DNA from: a bacterium | GTDB taxonomy: Bacteria; Zhuqueibacterota; Zhuqueibacteria; Residuimicrobiales; Krinioviventaceae | Reading direction: 5' to 3' | DNA: 64,000 nucleotides | Assembly (NCBI GenBank): GCA_963674595.2 | Contig: CAXXFV010000029.1 | Coordinates: 167,312 to 231,311, forward strand | In this document: positions 19,806 to 28,510 of the stretch, in pieces | How positions within the stretch are numbered: position 1 is the first letter of the stretch | Layout: each line of letters opens with the position of its first letter | Position numbers and translations under genes: made by a program | Notes under the pieces: model-generated | Database searches by the model: none | What the model was told of the DNA's origin: nothing | Seen by the model: only the letters and a program-made list of their open reading frames with translations

Positions 19806-19893
19806 AACTAACTTATTTCAAATATGCCTTTTCTCAAGTTTACCTTGAACCTTTACAATATGACTAATCATTCTTTCAACAAAGGAATTATTA

Positions 19894-21423
19894 ATGATCA
19901 AAAAGATTAAATCTTTCCTGTTACTCAATTTTCTGCTTATTTCTTTTTTTTCTTGTAATTCATTAACTAAAAATGAAATAAATAATAACGTTATCATAAC
20001 AGGTCATATCGATCACTTTAATGAATACTCTAATAAATTTGTTTCAGTTAAAGCATTTGTAAATGAGTTTGCAAGCGGTGATCAAAAAGACTTTACTTCA
20101 CTAATTAATGCAGATGGCGATTTTGAATTACAAATCAAAAAGGATTATCCTCAGGATATTTATCTGCTATATGCTGAAAGACTTTTTACTATTTTTGTCG
20201 TACCAGGTGAAAAAATAAATACAAATTTCAATGCACGTCTATTAGCAAAAGGAGATGATATAAATAAGGCAATCACTTTTTCAGGTAACAGTGCAATGCT
20301 AAACACAAATATCGTTAATTATCAAACACAATATTATCAATATGTTCCTGAAAAATTTCGTGGTGACCCAGACAAGATGGCACAAAAATTAACACCTGAT
20401 GAATATTCAAAATATATTTATAATCGGAGGGAAAAGCATCGTGAATTCTTGAATAATTTTATATCGAGAAATAAAGTAAGTGAAACTTTTATAAATTGGG
20501 CTACTTTTGAAATTGATTATGATTGTGCAGAAGCTTTATTAGATTATAGCAGTCAACAAAAAAAAAGAAGAAGAAAAGAAGGTAAATCTGATAACTACGA
20601 TGCACCTGAATCATATTATAAGTTTGTTGAAGAATTTAAACTAGATAATAAAAAGGCTGTGATATCATCAGCTTATAAAAGTTACATTTCAGGATATAAA
20701 CATTATTTAAAAAGAAAATATTTAAAAGAAGAAGATTGGAAGAATCGAAACACATTATACAAAAAATACTATGATATGCTTTCAAAAAATGTACAAGGTT
20801 TTTGCAGAGAAGTTTTGTTAACACAATTATTCAGTGAAGTTTTAGAAAGCAGCTATTCAAATTCCTTAGACGATTATTATCAGTCTTATCTAAAAACCGT
20901 TGAAACAGAATATTTAAAAAATTATATAGTCACTAAATATAATTTTGTTAATAGCGATACACTCATAGAATCACCTGAAAATGCGTCTCTAAATGAATTG
21001 ACAGAGCAGGTTAATAAAGATTCTTTTTTATTATCAATAATAAATGAGCATAAAGGTAATGTTATTTATATAGATTTTTGGGCAACTTGGTGTGGTCCAT
21101 GTTTAGCAGTAATGCAAATATTTAATAAATTACATGAAAAGTATAAAGGTAAAAACATTTCATTTGTTTATCTTTGTTCAAGATCATCAAGAAAAATGTG
21201 GGAATCGACAATTGCTGAAAAGAAGTTAAGTGGGCATCATTATTTTTTAAATAATAAACAATTTGAACTAATTAGCCCTTCATTCGGCATTGTTAGTTTT
21301 CCTCATCATGCCATAATTGATAACAAAGGTAAGATAGTGAAAAAAAAGGCCGAAAGCCCAAGTATTGGTTATGGTAAAGAAATTAACCAAAAATTGATAA
21401 ACGATTTAAATAATCTATTATAA
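19894..21423 (+). CDS. TlpA/AhpC-like thiol:disulfide oxidoreductase lipoprotein
   Basis: 509 aa with a lipoprotein signal (LLISFFSCN). The C-terminal thioredoxin fold carries YIDFWATWCGPC. Confidence 0.7.
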   Translation: MIKKIKSFLLLNFLLISFFSCNSLTKNEINNNVIITGHIDHFNEYSNKFVSVKAFVNEFASGDQKDFTSLINADGDFELQIKKDYPQDIYLLYAERLFTIFVVPGEKINTNFNARLLAKGDDINKAITFSGNSAMLNTNIVNYQTQYYQYVPEKFRGDPDKMAQKLTPDEYSKYIYNRREKHREFLNNFISRNKVSETFINWATFEIDYDCAEALLDYSSQQKKRRRKEGKSDNYDAPESYYKFVEEFKLDNKKAVISSAYKSYISGYKHYLKRKYLKEEDWKNRNTLYKKYYDMLSKNVQGFCREVLLTQLFSEVLESSYSNSLDDYYQSYLKTVETEYLKNYIVTKYNFVNSDTLIESPENASLNELTEQVNKDSFLLSIINEHKGNVIYIDFWATWCGPCLAVMQIFNKLHEKYKGKNISFVYLCSRSSRKMWESTIAEKKLSGHHYFLNNKQFELISPSFGIVSFPHHAIIDNKGKIVKKKAESPSIGYGKEINQKLINDLNNLL

Positions 21424-21458
21424 AAATGTAAAGCAGGTAACAAAGTAATACCCCCGCT

Positions 21459-21507
21459 CGCCCTGGAAAACATTTCCAGGGCGCAAATCAGGCGGGGTAT
21501 GTACCCC
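21459..21507. repeat. REP-like hairpins 5' of the RAYT gene
   Basis: cgccctggaaa-aca-tttccagggcg (11-bp stem, 21459-21483) and ggggta-tg-tacccc (21494-21507). Confidence 0.75.
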
Positions 21508-21545
21508 GATAAAACAAAATTTAAAGAAACCATTGTACAGATAAA

Positions 21546-22097
21546 ATGAAACACTATAAAACCCAAAATGATTCTAATGTTTATTTTTCCACATGTACTA
21601 TTGTGCAATGGCAATGTCTTTTTATAGAGCAAAAATATTTTCAGATAATAACAAACAGCTTAAACTATTGTATTAAAAACAAAGGACTGTCTATTATCGC
21701 GTATGTTATTATGCTTAACCATCTGCATTTAGTAACAGTTAATACAAAAGAAACCGTATTGTCCAACATCATGCGGGATTTCAAACGGTTTACATCCATA
21801 CAGATTGCCGGACAATTGGAAAAAGACAACAAAAAATTGCTGCTGCATATTTTCAACAAAGCTGTGGAAGGCAGAGCAAAATCACAACAATATAAAATAT
21901 GGCAGGATGAATTCCATCCTAAAGCTGTTTATACACCCGATTTTTTAACACAAAAATTGGAATATATTCACAACAATCCGGTCAGAAAAGGACTGGTACA
22001 AGAACCTGAACAGTGGCGTTACAGCAGCGCACAAATGCTATTTATGAACGAAAAGAATGATGTAAACATTAATATGAATCTGCTATTTGAGGACTGA
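21546..22097 (+). CDS. REP-associated tyrosine transposase (RAYT; IS200/IS605-like Y1 HUH transposase)
   Basis: 183 aa with the HUH motif in VIMLNHLHLV and the catalytic Tyr context LEYIHNNPVRKGLV. Confidence 0.8.
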   Translation: MKHYKTQNDSNVYFSTCTIVQWQCLFIEQKYFQIITNSLNYCIKNKGLSIIAYVIMLNHLHLVTVNTKETVLSNIMRDFKRFTSIQIAGQLEKDNKKLLLHIFNKAVEGRAKSQQYKIWQDEFHPKAVYTPDFLTQKLEYIHNNPVRKGLVQEPEQWRYSSAQMLFMNEKNDVNINMNLLFED

Positions 22098-22098
22098 T

Positions 22099-22149
22099 CA
22101 GGGCAAATGCCCCATTTTTTTAACGCCCTGGAAAAAATATCCAGGGCGA
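22099..22149. repeat. REP-like hairpins 3' of the RAYT gene
   Basis: cagggcaaatgcccc, then cgccctgga-aaaaaata-tccagggcg (9-bp stem, 22125-22149). Confidence 0.75.
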
Positions 22150-22179
22150 GCAATTTTCTAACAAAATACTTTTAAGGCC

Positions 22180-22674
22180 ATGAAAATATATCCTGTCACA
22201 TTCGTTTTTATATTTACGGTATCGCTTACCTTATCGTGTATACGCCTTACTCTCAATCCGGATATTGATATTAAATCAAAAGTTATTGATGCGGACACAA
22301 AGCAGCCGCTTAAAGGATGTGATATTATTCTAGTTGGTGTTTATTATCGGGTGACATCTCCACCGGATTATTTTTCGAATTGTGATACGTTGAAAAACTC
22401 TGATAAATTTCAACCCATGCTCGAAAATTATATACGGAACTATAATCCTGAGGAAAAAACAATGTATAAAACGCAAACAGATGATAATGGTGTATTTTTA
22501 ATTACAAATATAAAACAAAAACATTGGTGGCCGATAGGTGTGGTAGATCCTCCTTTTTTTGTTGTGGTAGCATTAATAATTGAAAAAGATGGCTATAATC
22601 GAAAAATTTTGGGTACAAGTAATACATGTAAAAATATTGATGCAACAATTGAGTTAAAAAGTTCGCATTTATAA
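22180..22674 (+). CDS. Hypothetical lipoprotein/secreted protein (carboxypeptidase-regulatory-like fold guess)
   Basis: 164 aa with a signal/lipobox (FTVSLTLSC). KVIDADTKQPLKGCDIIL resembles CarboxypepD_reg-type strands. Confidence 0.45.
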   Translation: MKIYPVTFVFIFTVSLTLSCIRLTLNPDIDIKSKVIDADTKQPLKGCDIILVGVYYRVTSPPDYFSNCDTLKNSDKFQPMLENYIRNYNPEEKTMYKTQTDDNGVFLITNIKQKHWWPIGVVDPPFFVVVALIIEKDGYNRKILGTSNTCKNIDATIELKSSHL

Positions 22675-22689
22675 TCAGCACAGCAAAAA

Positions 22690-22740
22690 CAGGGCTTGCC
22701 CCTTATTAGTGGTCTAAAGACGGGGTATTTATCCCAAAAT
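22690..22740. repeat. Fragment of the RAYT-flank repeat family
   Basis: cagggcttgcccc ... gacggggtatttatcccaaaat resembles the cagggcaaatgcccc and ggggtatgtaccccgataaa modules. Confidence 0.5.
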
Positions 22741-22889
22741 AAGCACAGAAAAGTAAAAAAATATAAATATGTTATTTGGGCAGGGCTTAAGTACAGGTAA
22801 ATTATCGAACCTGGAAAAGAATATGAGTCAAGTGAATTTGGAATTTTAAATAATAAACAAGAAACCAAATATTAATTGAAAAAGGTACC

Positions 22890-23681
22890 GTGATGTTTAT
22901 CGCATACTATGACGAGTCAGGTGATGATGGATATCCATACTATTCATCTCCAATTTTTGTTTTAACATCCATATATCTTTATTATCTTAACTGGAAAGAA
23001 ATTTATAAAAATATTAGAAATTTCCGGCACCAATTAAATGCTGATTTTGGAATTCCGGTAAAAATGGAGATACACACAAAATATCTTTTACTAAATAAGA
23101 ATCCATATAGAAAATTAAATTTTTCTGACGATGATAGAATATTAATAATTGATTTATTTTGTGATTTAATATCCAGCCTGGAAATAAAAATCGTAAATGT
23201 TGTAATAAATAAAACAACTATTCAATCACCAGGTTATAAAGTATTGGATCGTGCTCTGACATATTCTATCCAAAGGATCGAAAATGATTTGAATAAAATC
23301 GACCCGGCAAAAAAATTTCTTATTATAACGGATGAAGGCAGGGTCGGGAAAATGAAATATACTACAAGAAAAATCCAAAGATTAAATTTTATCCCTTCAA
23401 AATACAGCACAAATGTTTATCGGCAAGAAATTCTTTCTTTAATTGAGGATCCATTACCCAAAAATTCAAAAGAATCATATTTTATACAGTTGTCAGATTT
23501 AGTTGCTTATATTGTATACCTTTATTCAATTTTAAATTTAAAAACAGGAAATTTTTCAAATCGTCTACCAGACAAGGTAAATGAAAATAAAATCATTGAA
23601 TGGATGGAAAAACTTGAGGGAAGTTTGAATTTAGAAGCATCAAGCAGTGATAAATATGGTGTTGTCTGTTACCCAAAATAA
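22890..23681 (+). CDS. DUF3800 family protein
   Basis: 263 aa. The N-terminus FIAYYDESGDDGY is the characteristic DUF3800 start. GTG start codon per the ORF track. Confidence 0.7.
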   Translation: MMFIAYYDESGDDGYPYYSSPIFVLTSIYLYYLNWKEIYKNIRNFRHQLNADFGIPVKMEIHTKYLLLNKNPYRKLNFSDDDRILIIDLFCDLISSLEIKIVNVVINKTTIQSPGYKVLDRALTYSIQRIENDLNKIDPAKKFLIITDEGRVGKMKYTTRKIQRLNFIPSKYSTNVYRQEILSLIEDPLPKNSKESYFIQLSDLVAYIVYLYSILNLKTGNFSNRLPDKVNENKIIEWMEKLEGSLNLEASSSDKYGVVCYPK

Positions 23682-23872
23682 AAACACCACCTACGGCGCA
23701 TTCGCACTTTCAGTGGTTCATTAAAATTATAATAAAATTAATTATAAAAGTCAAGTATTTTACCAGGTAATGATAATTAATTTTTTATGCATCAGGAATG
23801 CTACCAAGGAAGCAATTAGCCGGGGGTTCCGGTCTGTGGGGATAAAAAAACAGTGGCTGGTCTTTATTAGCA

Positions 23873-23991
23873 TCCCTCAGCAGCCTTTCGCCTCCGCTCG
23901 GAATGACGGATAGACAAACCTCAAGCGGACGCTGAGCGCGGTCGAAGCGGAATCAAAGCGGTGTCACCCTGAGCGGAGTCGAAGGGTGACA
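23873..23991. repeat. Cluster of GC-rich hairpin repeats (gagcgg/gtcgaag type)
   Basis: ccctcagcagcctttcgcctccgctcggaatgacgg ... gacgctgagcgcggtcgaagcgg ... gtcaccct-gagcggagtcga-agggtgac (perfect 8-bp stem, 23964-23991). Confidence 0.6.
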
Positions 23992-23998
23992 AAAAAAG

Positions 23999-24039
23999 GA
24001 CGGTTCTACCGCGCCATTAAAAGATCGATAAATACAACT
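23999..24039 (+). repeat. Upstream hairpin motif, copy 2 (degenerate)
   Basis: ggacggttctaccgcgccattaaaagatcgataaatacaac, located 50 nt upstream of the SIMPL gene start. Confidence 0.5.
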
Positions 24040-24088
24040 AAACGATGCAGCAAAACGGCACACTGACTATTAAAAAAGGAATACATCC

Positions 24089-24805
24089 ATGAAAATTATA
24101 AGAATTGCTATTTTTGTTTTTACACTCTTTTCTATTTCATACGGACAAGATTCATTAAAAAATTCAATTACAACGTTTGGCACAGTTCAATTAAACATTC
24201 CGGCGGATTATGCGCAAGTGTCTTTTATCATTAATGCAAATGGATCAACATTAAGAGAAGCTGTTGACAAGGCGAAAAAAGTAGTCCAGTCAATTACCAC
24301 TGATTTATTTGAAATGGGTCTAAGCAAGAATAGTATTTCCACAACTCACTTTTATAGCGGTGAAAATTTCGGGGGAAAATCTTTTTTTACATCTAAAAAT
24401 GACTATAAAACAGAGATAACTACTTTTGTTAGAGTTGACAGTCTTGATATTTTGGAGGATGTTGTATTAAAAATAAGCGATCATAAACCGGACGAAATAT
24501 CAGATATATCATTTCAACTAAATAATCCGGAAAATTATAAAATGAAGGCTATAAATGAAGCAATTAAAAAAGCAAAACAAAAAGCAATTATACTGGCAAA
24601 AGAAATGGATGTAGAAATTGACAAACCGATAAAAATCAAAGAGCTATTCGTGTCACAAGAAGCAAATTACAATTTTCGTGGACAAAGGACGAATCATTTA
24701 AATGCAGTTTATATGGTTGATGGCGTGGACCAACTTGGTCAATCGATATATTCTGAAAAAATTAAAGTCGAAGCCCAGGTAGAATTAATTGTGCTAATCA
24801 AGTGA
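24089..24805 (+). CDS. SIMPL/DUF541 domain periplasmic protein
   Basis: 238 aa with a signal peptide. TVQLNIPADYAQVSFIINANGSTLREAVDKAKK resembles the SIMPL/BP26 N-terminal pattern. Confidence 0.55.
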   Translation: MKIIRIAIFVFTLFSISYGQDSLKNSITTFGTVQLNIPADYAQVSFIINANGSTLREAVDKAKKVVQSITTDLFEMGLSKNSISTTHFYSGENFGGKSFFTSKNDYKTEITTFVRVDSLDILEDVVLKISDHKPDEISDISFQLNNPENYKMKAINEAIKKAKQKAIILAKEMDVEIDKPIKIKELFVSQEANYNFRGQRTNHLNAVYMVDGVDQLGQSIYSEKIKVEAQVELIVLIK

Positions 24806-24950
24806 GTTCGTGATAGCTGCAAACAGGTTTTCTGCCCGCCCAGGCATTTTCTCAGGGCGTGAATAGCTGCGCGTAGTTAAAGCGGGAGCAAAAAGAAATC
24901 TCCAGGGTTAGCAGCCTGATCAAGTATAAATAAAAAACGGTAAAAAAATC

Positions 24951-25499
24951 ATGAAAAAAATAATTAAAAGTATTGCCTCAACTTTGCTTGCGTGTCTTTT
25001 TTACTGTTCAGCACAATATGTAAAACCGAATATTTCCGGCGCTCAGCTAGAATTTACAATCAGCAGTGATAATTCAATAGTAAACTCACCGGACTCCTTG
25101 TTTAACGTATATTTAATGCTAACCAACAAGTCAACCCGGAAAATATGGGTAAAAAAAATGGGCTACATAAATTCCTATGGTGATAATATATTTTTATACC
25201 TTCAAACACCGGATGGCAAATTGCTGGAATGGCCTGAAGGTTTTACTGAGCCTTTTTTACAAAAAATCTATTTTAAAAAATTAAATCCAGGTGATTGCAT
25301 TATTGAAAAATATGAAATCGCGCTAAAATATTTTGTTTTAAGAGATACTACCAACCTTTGCTTTGAAAAACACGATTTTTCAAAAGGATTGTATCAGGTA
25401 ATTTGCATTTATGATAATGAACATTTCCCTTTTAGTATGAAATCTCCTTCGTTTGAGGGCAGGCTGGAAAGCAATAAATTGAATGTGTTATATCAATAA
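24951..25499 (+). CDS. Hypothetical secreted protein
   Basis: 182 aa with a signal peptide (LLACLFYCSAQ). No recognised motif. Confidence 0.5.
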   Translation: MKKIIKSIASTLLACLFYCSAQYVKPNISGAQLEFTISSDNSIVNSPDSLFNVYLMLTNKSTRKIWVKKMGYINSYGDNIFLYLQTPDGKLLEWPEGFTEPFLQKIYFKKLNPGDCIIEKYEIALKYFVLRDTTNLCFEKHDFSKGLYQVICIYDNEHFPFSMKSPSFEGRLESNKLNVLYQ

Positions 25500-25554
25500 T
25501 TTAAAAAGCGCCATATCGTTAATTACTTTTTCAACAACATAAAGGCAACAACAA

Positions 25555-26085
25555 ATGGACATCCAAAATCTCAAAGAAATAAAACAACAACTCATCACCG
25601 CATCCAATCCGGAATGGCAGAAAATTCTCGAATTAAGGTCTGCGGTACAAAAAGAGTTCCAGGACCATGAATCTTTATCCATACCCACCTTTGCAAAAAT
25701 ATTAAACTGGAGACTGGAAAAAGAATCGCAAGCCCAAAAAATAATAGACAGCACGCCCGCTGATTTTTTAAAAAACATTACCCACTGTTATTACAAAACA
25801 GACTATCCCCATGACGAATTAAAAATCAAAATAAAAATGCACATCCTGCTCAGCATTCCCTGGATCGGCATCGGCATCGCTTCTGCGATCATGGCTCTGC
25901 ACGAGCCCCATCTTTATGGAACAATTGATGGACGGTCCTGGTCATCGTTATTTCAACAGCACAAAAAGACGTTGGCAATGAATGATTATATAAAATATCT
26001 TGAAAACATTCGTCCGTTGGCTGAAAAAGCCGGTTGTGATGTTCAGGAGATTGATTATATTTTATGGAAACTGGATGGGTTATAA
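25555..26085 (+). CDS. Hypothetical protein (possible HhH-type fold)
   Basis: 176 aa. The segment IPWIGIGIASAIMALHEPHLYGTIDGRSW resembles helix-hairpin-helix-containing uncharacterised families. This is a weak call. Confidence 0.4.
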   Translation: MDIQNLKEIKQQLITASNPEWQKILELRSAVQKEFQDHESLSIPTFAKILNWRLEKESQAQKIIDSTPADFLKNITHCYYKTDYPHDELKIKIKMHILLSIPWIGIGIASAIMALHEPHLYGTIDGRSWSSLFQQHKKTLAMNDYIKYLENIRPLAEKAGCDVQEIDYILWKLDGL

Positions 26086-26175
26086 ACAATTACCCGCGTT
26101 TTATTTCAGGAATAATTTTATCATATTGGGTATTGGAATCCCTGGTCAAACGAACATTATTAAAAAAGGCATAAT

Positions 26176-26520
26176 ATGATAATAAGAAAAGAACATGCCG
26201 TCAAAATTGATTTTGACGGTTTAAACATAATGGATTATACATCAGGTCTTGATGAATTGTCATCTTTTGCTGTTATCAATGTTCCAAAGAACGTCAGGCA
26301 TAAATTATCATGGTCAAAAAGATCTGATAAATATTATTATGTCATAGAAGGTGAGATAAAATTTTCAATAGATTCTGATTTGGTTATTCTTCATCAAGGT
26401 GATTTTTGCATTATAAAAAAAGGGACCCGGTTTTTTTATCACAACGAATCAGACCGTGATGTCAGGCTCATATTGGTCCATACTCCTGACTTTGATATAA
26501 ATGAAGAGGTATTTGAATAA
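26176..26520 (+). CDS. Cupin domain protein
   Basis: 114 aa. YYVIEGEIKFSID...GDFCIIKKGTRFFYHN has the cupin barrel pattern. Confidence 0.65.
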   Translation: MIIRKEHAVKIDFDGLNIMDYTSGLDELSSFAVINVPKNVRHKLSWSKRSDKYYYVIEGEIKFSIDSDLVILHQGDFCIIKKGTRFFYHNESDRDVRLILVHTPDFDINEEVFE

Positions 26521-26657
26521 ATTTATTAATGAATATACGATGAATTTATTAATTCCGTCATTCTATAAGAACCGTCCCGAAATAAAGGTCAGATTTTAAG
26601 CCAGGAAGGTACCTCCGGCATGACAATTCGGTTTTTTTAATTGCTACACAACTGAAA

Positions 26658-26705
26658 CAGGGTGCCGGTTCTACCGCACCATTCGTTATAAATAAATACA
26701 ATTAA
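26658..26705 (+). repeat. Upstream hairpin motif, copy 3
   Basis: cagggtgccggttctaccgcaccattcgttataaataaatacaatt, located about 60 nt upstream of the start at 26767. Confidence 0.6.
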
Positions 26706-26766
26706 AGGTATCGTTAAGCTGTATCCAATGACTTTTTTAATTGTAAAAGTTTTTAATGGAAATAAA

Positions 26767-27432
26767 ATGAAAAAATTATTTTTAATTCATTTTGCGGCAT
26801 ACTTTCTAATAACCAATCTTTATGGACAACAAATAAAATATTATCATAAATTTAGAACATCGGATTCGCATATTATTTTACTAAATTGGTGTATAGAGCC
26901 AAATGAAAAAGGTGAAAAATATATAATAGAAACTGTCGATGATTCCTCACGTGTTATTGAATTACGTTTTATTAATAATGGTTCTTTAATAGAATGTGAT
27001 TGTTATAACAATCCAATTATTAAATTTAAATATGAGCCCAATAAAATAATTCAATTTAACTATTGTAATGATTCAACATTATCTGCAGGGATAGAATGTG
27101 GAGCACCCGCCAAAATTGAATATAAATTAAAAGATAATCTTATTATAGATTGTCGCGAGTTTCCCGACTATGATACATATTTAAATGGTAATTTTGAACT
27201 AGATGATGAATTTAGAAAACAACTTGAAAATGAGAAAGAATTAAATAAGGACGGCATAAAAAGTAATTATACATATATTGAAGGGTATGTTTTCTCAAGG
27301 TCTAAATATAAAGGATTTTTACCTGTTAGTAGTCAATTTGAGGCAGGTGATTTTTATTTACCTTATTCAGACAATGCACTCGACAGTGAATTTTCTATAA
27401 AATTTAGCAAGTTATTACATCAAAAAAATTAA
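26767..27432 (+). CDS. Hypothetical secreted protein
   Basis: The ORF track begins at 26728. An internal Met at 26767 gives a clean signal peptide (MKKLFLIHFAAYFLITNLYGQQ). Confidence 0.5.
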   Translation: MKKLFLIHFAAYFLITNLYGQQIKYYHKFRTSDSHIILLNWCIEPNEKGEKYIIETVDDSSRVIELRFINNGSLIECDCYNNPIIKFKYEPNKIIQFNYCNDSTLSAGIECGAPAKIEYKLKDNLIIDCREFPDYDTYLNGNFELDDEFRKQLENEKELNKDGIKSNYTYIEGYVFSRSKYKGFLPVSSQFEAGDFYLPYSDNALDSEFSIKFSKLLHQKN

Positions 27433-27693
27433 GAATAAAATAAATTCATATCAAGATATCTTGTTATTAATTCTATTTACCGGGGGCTGCAATCCCTCAA
27501 CAAGCAAAACCAGGGAACTTTTTACCGGATAAACACGTAAACATTGACAAAAAATATCATTCTCCCTAAAATTCATAAGGATAAAAGGAACAGGGTATCA
27601 ACCCGGAAAGAAATTTGGGTTTCCGGGCACGGCAGCCTCCGAACAAGCGGATAATATCAGAAAAAGTTATTCTCTAAATTACATGGAGTTCAA

Positions 27694-28296
27694 TTGAAAA
27701 CAGCCAAGATCGACAATCAAAGGAAAAAAATTTTAAATAATTTTATCATTAATACCTTACTACTGCTTGCCGGAATTCTTGTGATTATTTCCGGATTGAG
27801 CCTGCAAATCGGCTATCATATGGGAGGGCACGAAAAACATGATCGTGACAATTTTACAGCACAAGATCATACTAAAAATACCGGATATGAAAATCAGGTA
27901 TCCTATGAGCAAACAAGGGGAATTGATACGGCAAAAAGAGTACTGGCTCTTGACTATCACGATTGGTCGGCCCTTCACAAATATACCATTATCTCTTTTT
28001 CACTGTTTATGATATTTCACATAACAGTTCACTGGAAATGGTATAAAGCAATACTATCCAAAAAGTTGTTAGGTAAAAACAAACAAATGACGATATTAAC
28101 GGCGTTATTTCTTTTGGTATCTTTAACCGGTTTAATTCCCTGGTTCATTGATTTGGCAGGGAGCACCGCCGAGATGCAATTGTTGCTTATCGAACTGCAC
28201 GATAAACTTGCCCTGTTGTTTATAATTTTTATCGTCCTGCATTTAACAAAAAGGACCGGGTGGTATACATTGGCATTAAAAAAATTGTATCAATGA
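27694..28296 (+). CDS. DUF4405-like membrane protein
   Basis: 200 aa with 4 TM helices. His-containing helix ends (FHITVHWKWY, VLHLTKRTGWY). TTG start per the ORF track. Confidence 0.45.
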   Translation: MKTAKIDNQRKKILNNFIINTLLLLAGILVIISGLSLQIGYHMGGHEKHDRDNFTAQDHTKNTGYENQVSYEQTRGIDTAKRVLALDYHDWSALHKYTIISFSLFMIFHITVHWKWYKAILSKKLLGKNKQMTILTALFLLVSLTGLIPWFIDLAGSTAEMQLLLIELHDKLALLFIIFIVLHLTKRTGWYTLALKKLYQ

Positions 28297-28510
28297 CATC
28301 GATAAAAAGTCCGGCATGTAATCAAGCCTGACGCTGCCCGCACAGTAACTGGAACCCCTCCCTGGACGGGCAAGTGTATCTCTGCTTCTCACCTTAAAAA
28401 AACTCATAAAATCAATAATAGTAATTGATATAATTAACAGTTCTGTGTATTTTAAGAATAAAACAATTCAACATTGTTATCATTCGTTCCACCGGAAAGG
28501 AGATCACAGA

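Larger units (their letters stand above)
18461..19857 (+). mobile_element. IS3-family insertion sequence (1397 bp)
   Basis: The ends are TGTAA...TTACA. An internal inverted-repeat block AACTTGAGAAAAGG (18478-18491) is paired with CCTTTTCTCAAGTT (19827-19840). ATAT flanks both sides (18457-60 and 19858-61). It carries orfA and orfB in the -1 frame. Confidence 0.85.

Noticed and set aside
24836-24910. Additional RAYT-type REP hairpin (gcccgcccaggcattttctcagggcgtg ... atctccagggttagc)
   Set aside because: Too degenerate to call confidently as a family member by eye. I mention it only as a possible relic.
27602-27627. Possible riboswitch upstream of the DUF4405 gene (perfect 8-bp hairpin cccggaaa...tttccggg followed by gcctccgaa)
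   Set aside because: I could not match it to any riboswitch consensus I know (cobalamin, Moco, ZTP, fluoride, Mn). There is only one copy, and the gene context gives no ligand hint. It may be just a hairpin.
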